Below, piece by piece: positions 1-13,660 of a stretch of DNA of 64,000 nucleotides (within the stretch, counting starts at the first letter, position 1; the number at the start of each line of letters is the position of its first letter). The stretch spans positions 4,652,001-4,716,000 of the forward strand of contig NW_024704743.1 of NCBI RefSeq assembly GCF_018977255.1, read 5' to 3'. A program made the translations under genes and the position numbers. Below the pieces are notes generated by a model that saw only the letters and a program-made list of their open reading frames with translations, was not told the DNA's origin and did not search any database. Origin of the DNA: Callorhinchus milii. Its lineage: Eukaryota.

Positions 1-994
1 AATGAGGCTTTTAATTCTGAATGAAAAAAAAATCACGTTTTGAGTTTCAAATCGAGTGTGGGAGCTTTCACTTTGACGGAAAGTTACAGCTGTGGTTACG
101 CGCTGAGGTTTGTGAAGGGCTCACGTAAAAACACACTCCCCCTGAATTGCTTTCTGTTCAAGTGGAATTCCTCCCCCGGTGCTGTGGGTGGGAGTGAGGG
201 AACGAGGCTGGAGCTAAAGAGTAGAGATACAATATAATTTCCATTTCTGTGGCGCTTTTCACGTCGAGAGGACATCTCAAAGTGCTTGACAGTGTTGGGT
301 ACCTTGAGCTTTTGGCGGGAGCTGCAGGGGAGGGGATGGGGAAACATGATCAAAAGCGCGGGGTGATCATAGAGGGCTGTTTTGAGATTTATGGGGATGA
401 ATGAATATTCCGGAGTTTTTGCTTTATGACACCCATAAGGTCCAGGTGATAACGACACATCAGGAGGACATTTCGATGCGCTTCACGGAATTTACTGTGG
501 AGTGTAAGTGACTGTATATTTGTAGGCACCCCTTCAGTAATACCTGTTTACAACGACTTTCTGACGCAACCCGCTTCACGGCAACAGCGGAATCGATCAA
601 TGGCAAAGTTGACTAAGACGAATGATAACCAAGTGTGGTCATAGCAACGCAAGTGTTATGTTAATTTGCTCAGGAGATGTCTAGCCACGCTAATGCCGCT
701 GCATGATGTTTTATAGAGGAACTGTACATTCTGAGACTATTTATTTGAAAAAACAAGCAACTATTTTTGGCCGCTCTGTAGAAAGATACTGAATCTCTTG
801 TGTGTGTGTGTGGCGGGGGGGGTGGGGTTGAAGGAGGTGGGAAGGAAGCGAAATCATAATCTGTGAGCGAGTTGAACTGGTTACTGACGAGTCTGAAAGA
901 TAACACCACTTGGAGGGAGAGAAACATCAAGTGCCGTGCATGGCCATTAGGTGCAGACAGGGATGAGCTTGGCATTCAGGTGCCTTGGCAGGAT

Positions 995-1440
995 GTCAGC
1001 CAACCTGGCTCAGCTGGTAACACTCTGGCCTCCGAGCCCCGAGATTGTGAGTTTCAGCAAAAAGTTGAACAAGTTCAAGCCCCACATCTGGACTTGGAGC
1101 TCACAGCCTTCAGCTGACGGGCCCAATGCAGAGCTGAGTAGAGTATCGCCTTGTCGGAGGTGCCGTCCTGGAGATGAGACGTCAAACCGACAGCCTATCT
1201 GCCCATTCAGGAGGACTTTAAAGATCTCATGGCACCATTTGATAAAGAGAAGGGGTTTCTCCTGGTGTCCTAGCCAACAATCTCCCAGGTAAAACTGGCC
1301 ATTGACTTCATGCCTGTGGAAAATTGCTGTGCGCAATGTTGGCTGGCGCATTCACTGATAAAACACAATCCCTGCATTTTACAGGATATCCTTTGAAGTG
1401 CCCTCCTGACTTGAAAGGTGGTCTATCAAAAGTAAGGATT
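995..1440 (+). mobile_element. Deu-domain SINE (SacSINE1/AmnSINE1-like), near full length
   Basis: tRNA-like head (ggctcagctggtaacact...gttcaagcccc), Deu-like core gatgagacgtcaaaccga...aaagatctcatggcac...ggtgtcctagccaa, degenerate L2-like tail. Confidence 0.8.
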
Positions 1441-1464
1441 GGCTTATTTTACTTGCACCGATGC

Positions 1465-1610
1465 CCATTCACTGTTGAGTAGCTGCTGGGCACTCGCTGT
1501 CTAGACTTGCATGTGGAGAGTGGTCTGGTAACTTGAACCAACTACCAGATGGCTGCCTGCTCTAGTGGAGCGGTATCCCAACGTGAATCACCTTCACGGG
1601 GGGAAGAAGC
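1465..1610 (+). mobile_element. AmnSINE2-like ancient SINE, 3' fragment
   Basis: cactcgctgtctagacttgcatgtg...gtggagcggtatcccaac...ccttcacggggg resembles the recalled AmnSINE2 3' part and the inverse copy at 41340. Confidence 0.5.
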
Positions 1611-2147
1611 TGCACAAAGTAGGTTGATTAATAACTCTACATTCCTTGAAACACGAGATACAAAGCTTGAAAGCAAACCACAATTTCCTATTCAGCTCCA
1701 CCCCAAGTGACCATGCAACACACTGCTGCTCACACTAGTCTTCATTCGGATTTTCTGCCTCGATCCCTCCGCCTAGCTCACTCTTTGCCCATCTTCGCTT
1801 GATTGCACCTGAAGACTTTCCTCTTCGACTGTACCTACAATCACCATCCTTGGTTCAATGTCAAACTACGCCACAGTTAAGTGCTCGGAAATGCTATCCC
1901 GCGTGAAGGGCGCTAGATAAATGCAATTTGTCATTGTTGAATATAATATCAAATACCAGGTGTCTTTAAGAGATCACCACTTTGTCACTTGGGTGGATTA
2001 GTTTGAACACTGTAAATAATACTCAGTGACTACTTTTTATCAAGCCTCAAAACACGGTGCCAAATATCTTTTTGCCCTCAGATCACTTGGCTGCACTTTA
2101 CAAATGTGAATTCAGTGAAGTGCGGCAAACGTCAGCTCAAACGACAG

Positions 2148-2200
2148 GTGCACACACACACACACACGCACACACACACACCACACACACACACACACAC
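2148..2200. repeat. (CA)n microsatellite
   Basis: Directly visible. Confidence 0.95.
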
Positions 2201-2562
2201 AGCAACTTCCCCCTTAGATAAAATGGTCACCCACACAATGCACAGGCACAACATATCCTGTGAAGTGCTTTGAGACCATGAGATAAGGCACTATTATCAA
2301 ATGCAAGCATTATTATTATTATTATAATAATATAATAATACCAGCGCCTTGGGACGTCCTCCTGACGTGAAAGGCGCTTTATAAATGAATCTTGTTGTTG
2401 TTGTTGTTGTATTATTACTATTATTATTATTGCATGCTGAAATTGTTTTGGGGAAAAAATCACAGATGGAAACATAGGGATAAATTGGACGATAATCCCA
2501 TTAATTTTCTTTCTAAAGACAGAATATAATTTGGGATATAATTCCACATGTGCTAGTACCTG

Positions 2563-3010
2563 TGTCAGCCTGGCTCAGTGGTAGCACTCTTGCCCCTGAG
2601 TCAGAAGGTTGTGTGTTCGAGCCCCACATCTGGACTTGGAATCGCATAGTCTCGGCTGACACTCCAATGTAGTTCTGGGGTGGGTGGTATTGTATTGTTG
2701 GAGGTGCCGTCCTTCGGATGAAAAGTTAAACCAAGGTCCTCTCTGCCTGTTCAGGTTGATGTAATAGATCCCATGGCACTATTCGAAAAGAGAAGGGAAT
2801 CTCTCCCATTATCCTGGCCAACTAATCCCCCAAGTAAAACCGGTCACTCCAATAGCCGGTTGTGGGACAGACACTGCCTGTGCGCAAATTGGCTGCCGTG
2901 ACTCTCCCACAAAATAGGGAGCCAGTCCACTTTACAGTATACCCTGTGAAGGGCTTTGAGATGTCTCGGTGATGTGATAAAACTCTATATCAAATGCAAG
3001 GATTATTATT
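2563..3010 (+). mobile_element. Deu-domain SINE, full length
   Basis: Head gtcagcctggctcagtggtagcactcttgcccctgagtcagaaggttgtg, Deu core, 3' tail ...tatcaaatgcaaggattattatt. Confidence 0.85.
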
Positions 3011-4711
3011 GCATGCCCTCAGGTTACTGGAGATACAGGTGTCAACATGTCCAAGCCAGAAGACCGCTGCAGATTGAAAAAAATCTGATGGTGGGAAACA
3101 TATGGCAAGACGTTAGTTATCGTGGTGCGAAGAGAGAGTTTGGCTCTTCATGTGTAAACGCCAACAGTTCTTCAAAAAAGGATCAGATCTGAGTGACCGC
3201 ACCCCCAATCACTTGAGGCCAAATATTCACGTCAATTGGACAGAGTAAATACTTAGCATCAGGGGAAAGGGGAAAGATAGGGATGTGGGACTAAATGAAG
3301 AGCTTTTATAGACACAATGAGCTGAATGGCCTCCTCCTGTGCTGTCGAATTCTTTGAGTCTGTGGTTCCAGAAGCATCACTGACTTATACATGTTTGCTT
3401 AAGCTGTGTGTGTGCCTGCATGAGTGCGTGCTCGCGCGCGCGTGTGTGTGTGTGTGTGTGCGCACATGTGCGCTCGCACTATATCTAATTTGTTTTAAAA
3501 ATGACATTTGTCTCGGCAGAGGAAAACAGAGCTCATTTTTGTAAAACCAACTGCAAAGCTATCGGGTGGGGTTAGGGTTCGGGAGAGTGTAAATGTGGTT
3601 CTGAACATTGGATTGTTTCTGAAGGAGATGAATTGGTTTCGGTTGTTTAGATCTGCCGTGTGTTAGCTTCGTTCCTGAGATTCTAATCAGCCAAGACTGG
3701 GAGCTGTTCAATGGAGTTTTTCTACATCTTAGTCTCACTCGAGTTGTAATTGGTTTGCTTCCAACTCCTCTGAAGGTTTCCTATTGCTGGACTGAGAAAC
3801 ATTATGTAATGAATGATTAATAACTCTACATCTTCTTGTAGTATTTTTAGACCCTGGCATTAGTGCCATTTTCCAACTTCAGGGAATATTCTTCCTCTCT
3901 TTGTTGTTGAGGTAATTTTTAAAAAATTATTATTCGAGTGCTAGAGAAGGTTGGGAGATCACACACAGGTTTGTGTCACACCCTGGACCTATTGAAAGCA
4001 TTTCCTGTTTCTGTTGCGGCGAAACCATTAGTATTTCATGAGTATAACAAGGCCAAGTGCATCTCAAACATGAGTGATAACATGCTCTGATGTGCGGCTT
4101 TTAATGAGTCCATTTGGTCCTCGCAGAACGCATTACGTTTACTTTGAAACATTTTATCCCCTTTACATACATGCCTCGTTCACAGGAAATGCACTGAAAT
4201 GACAAATCTCAAGTAGAGAATCAGCTTATCGACAAGGGTATACAATACAATACAATCTTGCATTTATAAAGCCCCATTGCATATCAGAACGATATCTCAA
4301 ACTGCTTGACAAAGCTGGATGGATACCCACTTTTATGTAATATGTAGGAAGCATAAGGACAAAAAAAGACTCCCAAGTGTGGGGACACCTAATTTGCAAT
4401 CCTTCTCAACGGGATTTCTGTACAAGAAATTCAAGCCTTCAAAGCCCCATAAATCTGTTATCTGGATTTAGAAGAGGCAGAGTGTAGGTTCCCAACACCA
4501 GCTTTAAACGAAGCAGAGTTCTCATGACTAGATGGGGTTTGTTATTCGGGAATCGAGTTAAAAAGTATTGCCTACAAAATAGTTGCTGCCTTCACGATAT
4601 ATTCAGTGAAATGCTTTTGAGTCGTAGCCCCGATGTAAAACATGTTATACTAAATGCAAAGATTATTATTGTTATTATTATTATCATCACCATCATCATC
4701 AAATTAGAGGG

Positions 4712-4915
4712 TAGCCCTGGTTTGAATGCTGAGTTTGCTGGCCTCGGCCATCGTTCCATGGGAGGCAAACTTGGCCCCAGCCCTCCCAGGGTCAGGGAGT
4801 GGACAACCAGCTCTTCGTCCCTCTTCAACACCGCCTACTGGCAGTGCCCGTGTTTGCCAGTTAGAGTGGGGAGAGGTCAGGCTCAGCTGTGACATCCACC
4901 AAGTCAAGTGGCAGG
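4712..4915 (+). mobile_element. AmnSINE2-like ancient SINE fragment
   Basis: ccctggtttgaatgctgagtttgctg...ttggccccagc...caggctcagctgtga resembles the recalled AmnSINE2 body. Confidence 0.5.
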
Positions 4916-5530
4916 ACTTGGAGGGGACAAATTGGTCACTGGATGTAGGCACTCTTGCCACCCACTCAGATGTGGAAAAGATTGGATTGAAAAGCTCCCA
5001 ATGTTGGCTAACCCTGCCAGCCAAAGCTTTAATGGGTTGGGTCATTCTGGAGAAGCAGTGGGAAGTGTGACAGATGACGTGCTAACAGCAAGCTATCGGC
5101 TTTTCAACTGGTTAAAATTTGGCAGTACGCCAATGTACGCTCTGGGGTTCCCAAACCTTGGCTCTTACATGATGCTCTGTGCCTGATGCTCTCTGGAATT
5201 AGTAAGCAAGGATGCGTTCCCCCCAGGGAGAGTGAGTGCACTCTATTTTAGACGGGGGGAATTTTGCATGCGCAGTAGGACTTTGTCTGGTTTAGGTACA
5301 CTCGTGTGTGGTGATGGATGGGCTTCTGCACCTGTCAGGGATTCACCCGTCTGACTAAACAAAACAGGTTTCTGGTTTGGGTCTAAGGTTTACCCTTTCA
5401 AGGTTGATGTAATGATAAGTGATCTCTCTCTGGACCTGAGCTAGCATCGAGGAGACAAGTAGCAAGGCTAATAACCTAAGACTCAGTTAATGGCTGACCC
5501 AGCCTGTCTGGTTCATCAATGAAGATGTCG
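4915..5530 (+). mobile_element. Unclassified dispersed repeat, copy A (most diverged)
   Basis: Shares blocks ggtcactgg, aaccctgccagccaaagc, aactggtta, ctctctggaattagtaagca, gatgggcttctgcacctgtcag with copies B-F. Confidence 0.65.
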
Positions 5531-5559
5531 GTATAGACACATTTCAGAGTCTAGATAGT

Positions 5560-5878
5560 GGAGTTCTTAAGCTAAGTGGTTAGAGCACTCACCTCGCAAG
5601 CGAGAGATCTGGGTTTGATTCCCGTCAGGGCGAAACCTTGGGCAAGTTTCCTTACTCCACACCCCTGATAATAATAGCCCAAGAGAGAAAAAATAATAAA
5701 TTGATCACTTCAATCCACGTCTGTTTGTGGGACACTGCTACGTACAACTGGCTGCCACGTTTCACCCACAAATATACTGTCAATTCACTTTACAGTATAT
5801 TCTGTGAAGCGCTTTGAGATGTCTTGAAGATGTGACAAGGTCCCTCTGTATCAAATGCAAGGATTATTATTTATTATA
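5560..5878 (+). mobile_element. tRNA-Ala(CGC)-derived SINE, short subtype
   Basis: A/B-box head, aaccttgggcaagtttccttactccacac, lacks the middle module, 3' half ending gcaaggattattatt. Confidence 0.9.
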
Positions 5879-6554
5879 TTATTAAATAGGAAGGCATTTG
5901 CTAGCTGGACATGTTGCGCTGTTATCAGGTGGATTTATTTGTGTAGATTTATTTGCCCCCACCCTCTGGAACTCCATCCCCGAATCCCTCCGCCTCACCC
6001 CCTCCCTCACCTCCTTCAAAGCCCGTCTCAAAACCTTCCTCTATGACCGTGACTTCGGAAAACCCTTAACCGTCCAGCACCTTGGGAGGTCCTTCCAATG
6101 TGAAAGGCGCTATATAATTTGTTGTCAATTGTTGTAGAGGATACACTTGGGAAATCTGTGCTTCATCTTCTATATGAGTTACCCACTGCAGGGAATCACG
6201 GGAATCCTAGCAGTCTGTGAGGCACACTTGACAATGGATGCCATGTTGCCAAGATGCCAAAGGCCTGGCACACTGTGTGTTGGCATGAACAGTAAAATTG
6301 TCATACCCATATGCGTAAAGGCCATTTACACATACTATTTTTAACACGTTTATCTGATGGAAGGACTGGAGTAATTCACCAGTGAACCCATTAAGATGAC
6401 TTTGCCGTTTCTCTGAACCTATTCAAAGCTCTGTGCTGGCACTGGCACGCTCAGATTATAAGACCGATACACCTCTGGTTTCCAGCCTAGATAGGGCATG
6501 TCTTTAAGATCACTTTAGGCTTTACCTACCCCTCAGTCCAAAAGGTGCTCAAGA

Positions 6555-7030
6555 TATCAGACAAGTCACTGGTAGCAGAGAATCATCCATCTTAGCTCCT
6601 GTTAACCCCGCAAGCCATAGCCCTAAGGGGTAGCATGGTCCTAGTCGGACAAGCAGTGTGAAAGCTTTACAGAGAGCGCTTTCAATGGCCAGCTATGTGG
6701 TTTTAGCTGGTTAGACTCCATCGCACACTCACGAGTCCCCAAGCCTTCTCTCTTGCCAACCTGCACCTAATACTCTCCGGAATTAGGTAAGCAGGATGCA
6801 TCTCTCCAGGGAGAGAGAGAGAGAGAGCATTCCATTCCAGTAATCTATCTCTGGGATGTCCACGTGTAGGTGGGATGGGACGATGGAATTCTCAGCTTGG
6901 TTTGGAGACTCTTAAGCATTGGTGACGGGTTTCCGCGCGTGTCAGACACCCGACCGACACCCACAAAATGATATCAGTTGTGACCTGGGTACAAACTTAG
7001 AGGAATAACCCAACGCCGAACAGTCTGCTC
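6555..7030 (+). mobile_element. Unclassified dispersed repeat, copy B
   Basis: cagacaagtcactgg...cctgttaaccccgcaagccatagccctaa...ggacaagcag...ctggttagactcca...ggaattaggtaagcagg...gggtttccgcgcgtgtcagacacccg. Confidence 0.8.
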
Positions 7031-10000
7031 TGAATTTCATTTGGCTCGTGGGGATTAACTGAAGTAAGTCACAGGCTGGCGTTGAAGGGGCCAGTCAGCA
7101 TATTATATAATGTTACGTTACGTCCAAAAATAGAAGGTTCAAGTAGGAGCAGCTTTGTTCTGAACAACTATAGACATCCCAAAAAAGGCATGGCTCCAAG
7201 GATTACATGAACAGCATCGCAAGACTTAAACCAGTGCCACAACCATCATACTGATTAATTCTAATGGAGCATGAAAAAACAGTTTGTGTGTTTTTTTTGA
7301 AACAGGGAGCAAAGGCGTTATGTTCTGAAAACGACAGTAATACTCTGTGGATTTTATACAGGGCCTTTCACATTAGGAGGATGTCTCAATGCGCTTGACA
7401 GCCTTTTACTGGGAAGTGTAGTGACTGTGTATTTTGTAGGTGAACGCGAAATAATAATTATAATAATAACAATATCTCCATTTGATATGGCACCTTTTCA
7501 CGGCGGAAGGATGTCGCAAAGTGTTTCCTAGGATATACTGTATAAAGAGTAGTGACTGTGTTTTGTGGGCGCAGGTGAGCAAAAACTCTTTCTTTTGCGC
7601 ACATAGGCAACTGTGCGTTTGGTGAGTCAAGTATAGAGTTAGCAGATGATATTAACTGTACATTTTTACCGCTGCAGGTCCTTTGCACATTCTATTACCT
7701 CCAGAGGGCAAATAGCATTAACCTGAAGCCATAATAAATGTAATTTCATGTTGTGTCTTTCTGAAAAATCGCAGTCTCTGTGATATGTATTTCCTCAATT
7801 AATGTGACATCCATTCCCTGACGTGCTGAACTATGTTCATTTTTAATAAAATATAAACCGATTGGGCTAAATCAACCCTAACTGGATAAGCTCATGTCAA
7901 AGTCCTGACCGAGAATCAGCAACAGATTACACAGCGCACATTCTCATATCGCGCTTGCTCACTCATACACACTTGCTCTCTCTCTCTCTCTTTCACAGAC
8001 ACACTTTCTTTCACGCACACTCTCTTTTCTCTCTCTCTCTCTCTGTCTGTCTCTCTCACAGAGACACTTTCTCACCAACATAGACACTTCCCCTCTCACT
8101 CGCTTTCTCTCACTCACACATTTTCTCATTCACCACTCTCCCTCACGCATTTTCTCCCCTCAATACACACTTTCTCACTCACACACTCTCGTACGCGCAT
8201 ATATACTCTCTCGTGTACACGCTCTCTCACTTACATTTTTTCTTTCTTGCACACCAACAACAACAACACATTACATTTGTATAGCGCCTTTCACGTCAGG
8301 GAATGTCCCAAACAGAATGTCTCATTGACTCACACACACACACACACACACCAAACACTCTCTCTGGCTCTCACACACACACAATAACAGACATATTTAG
8401 ACTGTACAGAGAGCTTGTTTCTCTCGTGTCACAGCTAAACCCACCCAGTTTGTGTTCTCTTTGTTGTACTCCTTTCCTGGTGTTGGTCTGTTGAGTGGAG
8501 CTGGAATTGGCCATCGCTGTTGCCAAAACATTTTTTTTAATTGATCGAGTGCTCAGCCCAAGCCGTCCAACCCAACCAATCAATATAAGTACTTTTTTGG
8601 CTGAGGACACAGCGAATTGAGGTCCAGCTCTGCAGATCAATGCTGCAAAACAAATATCAAGCAAAGAAAAAGCAACACAGAGCCCAATCAAGAGTGCCTT
8701 TCACATCTCAAAGCTTCACAGAATCTACAACAACACTCCTTACACGACGCGTTTCAAGTTGGGAGGAGGTGCTGGACAGTCAAACGTTTGCACCTGAGCT
8801 GGGGGTGGTGGTGGGATTCAGGAAGGATGGGGGTGGGGTCAAGGGAGATGAAGTGGGGGGTGGGTGTGGGAGATCTTTTTCCGATCGGGTCAGTGCACTG
8901 TCTCTCAACATTAATTTTCCTCTTGCGAGAAGTAAATAAGGAGCGCTGTGAACTCTCAACAGATGTAACGTAGCCCCACACTGCGAATGTTCCTTATAGT
9001 TCCCATCTCCCCCTCCCCAGCCCTGTTCTTCCTTCAGCTGTAGAGGTTAGATGAAAATAAAAACTGCATTTCACAGTTCAGTCAACAAGGAAGAGTGTCT
9101 GATTCAGGCACACTTGCACCTGCGTTCTCCTGGGGAGGATTGCTCAGTGAACCCTTGACATATTAGCCAATCCCCTCCGATAGATCTTGAACCTTAAAGC
9201 GTTGCATAAAAAATATTTGCAGATGGGTGGAAAATTCAACGAAGTGTCCATAATTATCACATCAACCTAAAATTGGTGTTGTGTTTGCGGGGTTGGGAGT
9301 GAGGTTTGAGTGGGGGGGAAAGCAGTCAATGCTTACCAACTTGTCTTGAGGAAGGGGGTAGAGTAAATTTCAATCCCAAGGCCTATGCTAGTTATTGGCT
9401 GTATTTGACCACATTTTGGATGTGTGTGATAACTCTCACACATGATAATATCACAATTGAATGGCGGAATTTGATCTAAATTTAAAGGATTTTCTAACAA
9501 CCCCAACAAAGCACCACAGCCTCAAAGAGCTCATCGTTAGCTCAGTTGGTTGAGTTGAAACGACGGGCCTAGAGAAGGCGCTGAGTTTGAATCATTCCAC
9601 CCTCCGTTCTTTTTGAGGTTGATAATGTGGGCACCATGTCTAGAAACATTCTCCTGGGAGAGGTAAGCGAGGTCCAGGATCACAACAACAACAACTTGCA
9701 TTTATATATAGCACCCTTCCCGCAGGGGTTGAAACAGCTGATTCAAGTCCTATCAGTTGTTCCTGACAACAGTGCCTAAGTGGACGAATATTTTGGAACA
9801 TTTTGATGTGGAAATGGATTTCCTGCAGGGTATCTGTTTGTGGGACGCTGCTGTGCGCGTTTTTCGTCCACAAATATACAGTCAATTCACTTTACAGCAT
9901 ATTCTGAATAAGAAAAGTGCTATATCAAATGCAAAGATTATTATTATTATTATCTAGAGAACTGACACTTGGTGATGTGATACACAGTCCTATACCTCAC

Positions 10001-10892
10001 AGTGAATCTTGTGAAGCGCTTTCAGATGTCCTCCTGACGTGAAAGGCACTGTGTCAAACACAAGGATGAAATATCGCCTCTCAAGTTAGAACACCTCAAA
10101 GCCCTTTACAGTAACAACTATCGAGTATAGTCAAACATGGCAGTCACTGTGCGCACAGCTCGGCCCCACAAAGAGCCGTGGGGTGAACGACCAATTTATC
10201 TGAAAGACTGTTAGCCAGGATGTCAGGAGACATACCCTTCCCTTTCCATATAGTGTTGCAGAATCTTTAACGTCAACTTGAGAATGGATTAGATTTGATG
10301 GATTTAACGCATCCAAAATAAGAACCAAGCCTCTTTGTACCTAGACGAACTACTTCCTGTGAATTGAGTTACAGATGTACGACTTTCACACCAGCCTGCT
10401 AATGTTTGGACACTTCACGAACTTGCACTGGCCATCAACCTGAGTCACGTCTGTGCAAGTTCATCAGCTGCCACATTCTTGTCAAAGTATATCTTTCTTG
10501 TAGTCGTGGTTGGCTTTGAACAGACGAGCCTAGTCAGACTTGCAGTAGAGTTCCATTTATGTACATCGTGGGGGCTGGCAAGAGATCAGGCTTGTCACTG
10601 GGAGAGCTAAGGGGGAGTCAAGAGGAATGTTTTTTTCCCACAGAAGCTTATTAGAAGAGGGAATGGTCTGCCACAAACAGCTATTGAAACTGAGGCCATG
10701 ACAACATTTGAAGAGAAATCATATTGAAGTGTATGGGGAAAGATTAGGGAATTGGGATTTCAGTTACTCCAGTGTACATCCTACCAATAGAATAGACTTG
10801 AGGGTCTGAATGCTGTATTCTTTCTATCAATCTAATAGAGACTGCGTGCCTTAGGTCAAAAGGTTCACAATTCTACCACGCCCCAGAGTGTT

Positions 10893-11256
10893 ATAATAAT
10901 AATAATAATCTTTGCATTTGATATAGAGCCTTAACATGTCTTCGAGACGTCTCAAAGCGCTTCACAGAATATACTGTAGAATGAATTGACTGGATATTTT
11001 GTGGGCAAAACACGGCAGCCAATTGCGCCCAAACAGTTGTGGATTGAGTGACCAATTTTTATTTTTTTGGAAGGAATCATTGCCCCCCGGAAAAGCGATC
11101 CGTCGATTGACTAACAAGCGGGTTCCTACTCACTGCCGGGTAAACAGAGGCGTGTGGAGTAAGGAAACTTGCCCAAGGTTTCGCCCTGCCCGGGAATCGA
11201 ACCCAGGTCCTCTCGCTTGCGAGGCGAGTGCTCTACCCACTGAGCTACAGGACTCC
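10893..11256 (-). mobile_element. tRNA-Ala-derived SINE, long subtype, full length, with 10-bp target-site duplication
   Basis: Reverse complement begins ggagtcctgtagctcagtgggtagagcactcgcctcgcaagcgag; flanked by agagtgttat at 10885-10894 and 11259-11268. Confidence 0.93.
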
Positions 11257-12024
11257 CAAGAGTGTTATTCCAACAGAGGAATCTCGCAAAGTGCTGGAGA
11301 GCGGGAGGACGGGAACTTACTTTGTTTTCTTTTAAAAGTACAATGCGTCCATTGATGATCAGCTGCCCGGTCGGTCACTGAACAGTAAAGCGCTGCACAG
11401 AGAAGCATGACTCTTCCTGCTAATATTATCCAACAGGTGTCTGTCTGCTCCGCAATCCCTTTGGCAGACGGAGACTGTGGAAGCATTCACTGAACCGAGA
11501 GTCACTTGGGATCTCGTAAAAAAAAAAAAATGCACCCAGCAGCAACGGTGCCAAATCTCCTGGCTGTATTATTGTCGGGGCTCGGAGCAAGGGAAAGCCT
11601 TGTGACTTTATCAGCTTGCGGTAATTTGGAAACAGTTGAATCATGCTGTTTTTCTGAAAGCGTTTTTTATTCTTTCCAAGTCCCCTGCCAACGAAACGCT
11701 ATTGGATTTGGTACCGGAGCAGAAGAAACAAATAATCTTTGGGACCAGCCTGCCAGAGAAAAGTAGTACTTCTGGTGAATAATGAATCCTCCGGGATGAA
11801 GGCTGAGAGATAATGGGACGCGATAGAATGGGATTCAATTCGCAAAGGTGCCAAAAGTAATGGGACACAGGGCCATATTTGTTTGTCATGTGAATGAATA
11901 ATTGTCCCTTCTTGGAGGGAAAGAAATTAAGCCTTTACATTTGTCAGTTCCCACTAGCAAAGCAATTCATTTGGGAGGAAGGAGAGGAGGAACCTTTGGT
12001 ATTCATGACAACAATAATAATAAT

Positions 12025-12451
12025 AATTTGGTCACTCAATCCACGACTGTCTGTGGGACGCCGCTGTGCGCAATTGGCTGCCACGTTTCGCCCACAAAAT
12101 ATACAGTCAATTCAATATACAGTATATTCTGTGAAGCGCTTTGAGACGTCTCAACGACATGATAAGGCGCTATGTCAAATGCAAGGATTATTATTATTAT
12201 ATAAAACTGCGGGGAGTGTGCTTGTTTCCCTCACGTCACAGATGCATTCCGTGTGACATAGCAATTAATAATAATAATAATAATAATCCTCGCGTTTGAT
12301 ACAGCGCCTCATCACGTCTTCGAGACGTCTCAAAGCGCTTCACAGAATATACCGTAAAGTGAATTGACTGCATATTTTGTGGGCGAAACGCGGCAGCCAA
12401 TTGCGCACAGCAGCGTCCCCACAAACAGTCGTGGATTGAAGCGACCAAATT
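12025..12451. repeat. Tail-to-tail inverted pair of SINE 3' halves (12025-12200 +, 12266-12451 -)
   Basis: About 175-nt mutually complementary arms separated by about 65 nt. Confidence 0.9.
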
Positions 12452-12920
12452 ATTTTTATTTCTTTTTAAATAAAATTTGCAATTACTGCTAAATGAACCC
12501 CAATATCTTTTTAAGTTTTGCTCAGATAGTACGCATCTGGAGCTGGTGGCTTTTCGCAGTGTTCGAATTTCTAAGGTTACTTCAGGATCGAGTATTAAGT
12601 CCAGCTCTTCATCATATACAAGGATAATCCTCATGTGTTCTCTGACCAGGAAAAGCAAACATCCACTGTGGGAACAGGAATACGCCATTGGCAGTGCACC
12701 GTGGCATCTCTTTGTATTTTTATTCCTATTTTCCTTATCACGTCGTCGAGATGTCTCAAAGCACTTCACAGGGTATATTGTTAAGGGGATTGACTGTGCG
12801 GTTTGTAGGCCAAAACCCGGCAGCCATTTTACACACAACAACGTCCCACAAAGAGTCATGAAACAAATGACCAATTTTATGCAGTGGATTGTTGGTCAAG
12901 AGACTGGGAAAAACGTATAC

Positions 12921-13660
12921 AAGTATACGTTGGGAGATAAAATATTAATAGGAGTGAAAGAGCAAAGGGACTTGGGTTTAACGTACATAAATCCTTAAAG
13001 GTGGGAATGAAGGTGGACAAAGCTGTCAAAAAAATCATAATGGAATCTTAGGTTTTATAAATAGGGCTATAGAATATAAAAGCCAAGACGTAATGCTAAA
13101 CTTGTATAAATTGTTAGACTACAGTTAGAATATTGTGTCCAGTATTGGTCACCACACTTTAGGAAAGACGTCAAGGTGATAGAGAGGGTTTGAAGGAGGT
13201 TTACTAGGATGATACCGAGGATGAGTGAGGTTTGGCCTATGAGTGGAGACTGGAGGAACTGGGACTTTTTTCACTGGGAGAAAAAAGTTTGAGGGGTTGT
13301 CACCTGATAGAGATGTTTCAAATTATGAAGGGTTTTGATAGGGAGTCAGTAGGGAGAAATTTTTCTACTGATCGGTGAGTCAGTTACTAGAGAGCATCAA
13401 TTTAAGATAGTCAGTAAACAAGCAAATGGGAAGGTTAGGAGAATTTTTGACGTGGATAGAGCAGTTTGGCTATGGAAGACCCTCCTGGGAACAGTAGTTG
13501 AGGCAAATGCATCTTGGCTTTCAAGAGGGGAACTAGACAGATACCTTAGATAGAGTTGGCTGCAGGAGTAATATAATGGGCAGGTAAGTGGGACAGAAAA
13601 CATTGCTCTTGAGTGAGCTGACACAGACACGATGGGGCGAAGGGCCTTCTTCTTTGCAGT
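12921..13660 (+). mobile_element. CR1-type LINE 3' fragment (decayed RT C-terminus plus 3' UTR)
   Basis: Decayed coding GILGFINRAIEYKSQDVMLNLYK...LEYCVQYWSPHFRKDV; 3' end cagacacgatggggcgaagggcc. Confidence 0.88.

Noticed and set aside
7696..7714. CTCF-like motif cctccagagggcaa (and gcgcccctcgtggg at about 22200)
   Set aside because: Partial matches of this quality are expected by chance in 64 kb and cannot be supported without binding or conservation data.
12236..12998. Overlapping 212-aa and 173-aa ORFs
   Set aside because: Composed of SINE tails and the start of a CR1 fragment. The recurrent peptides [14 protein letters not shown] and [23 protein letters not shown] throughout the ORF track are SINE translations.
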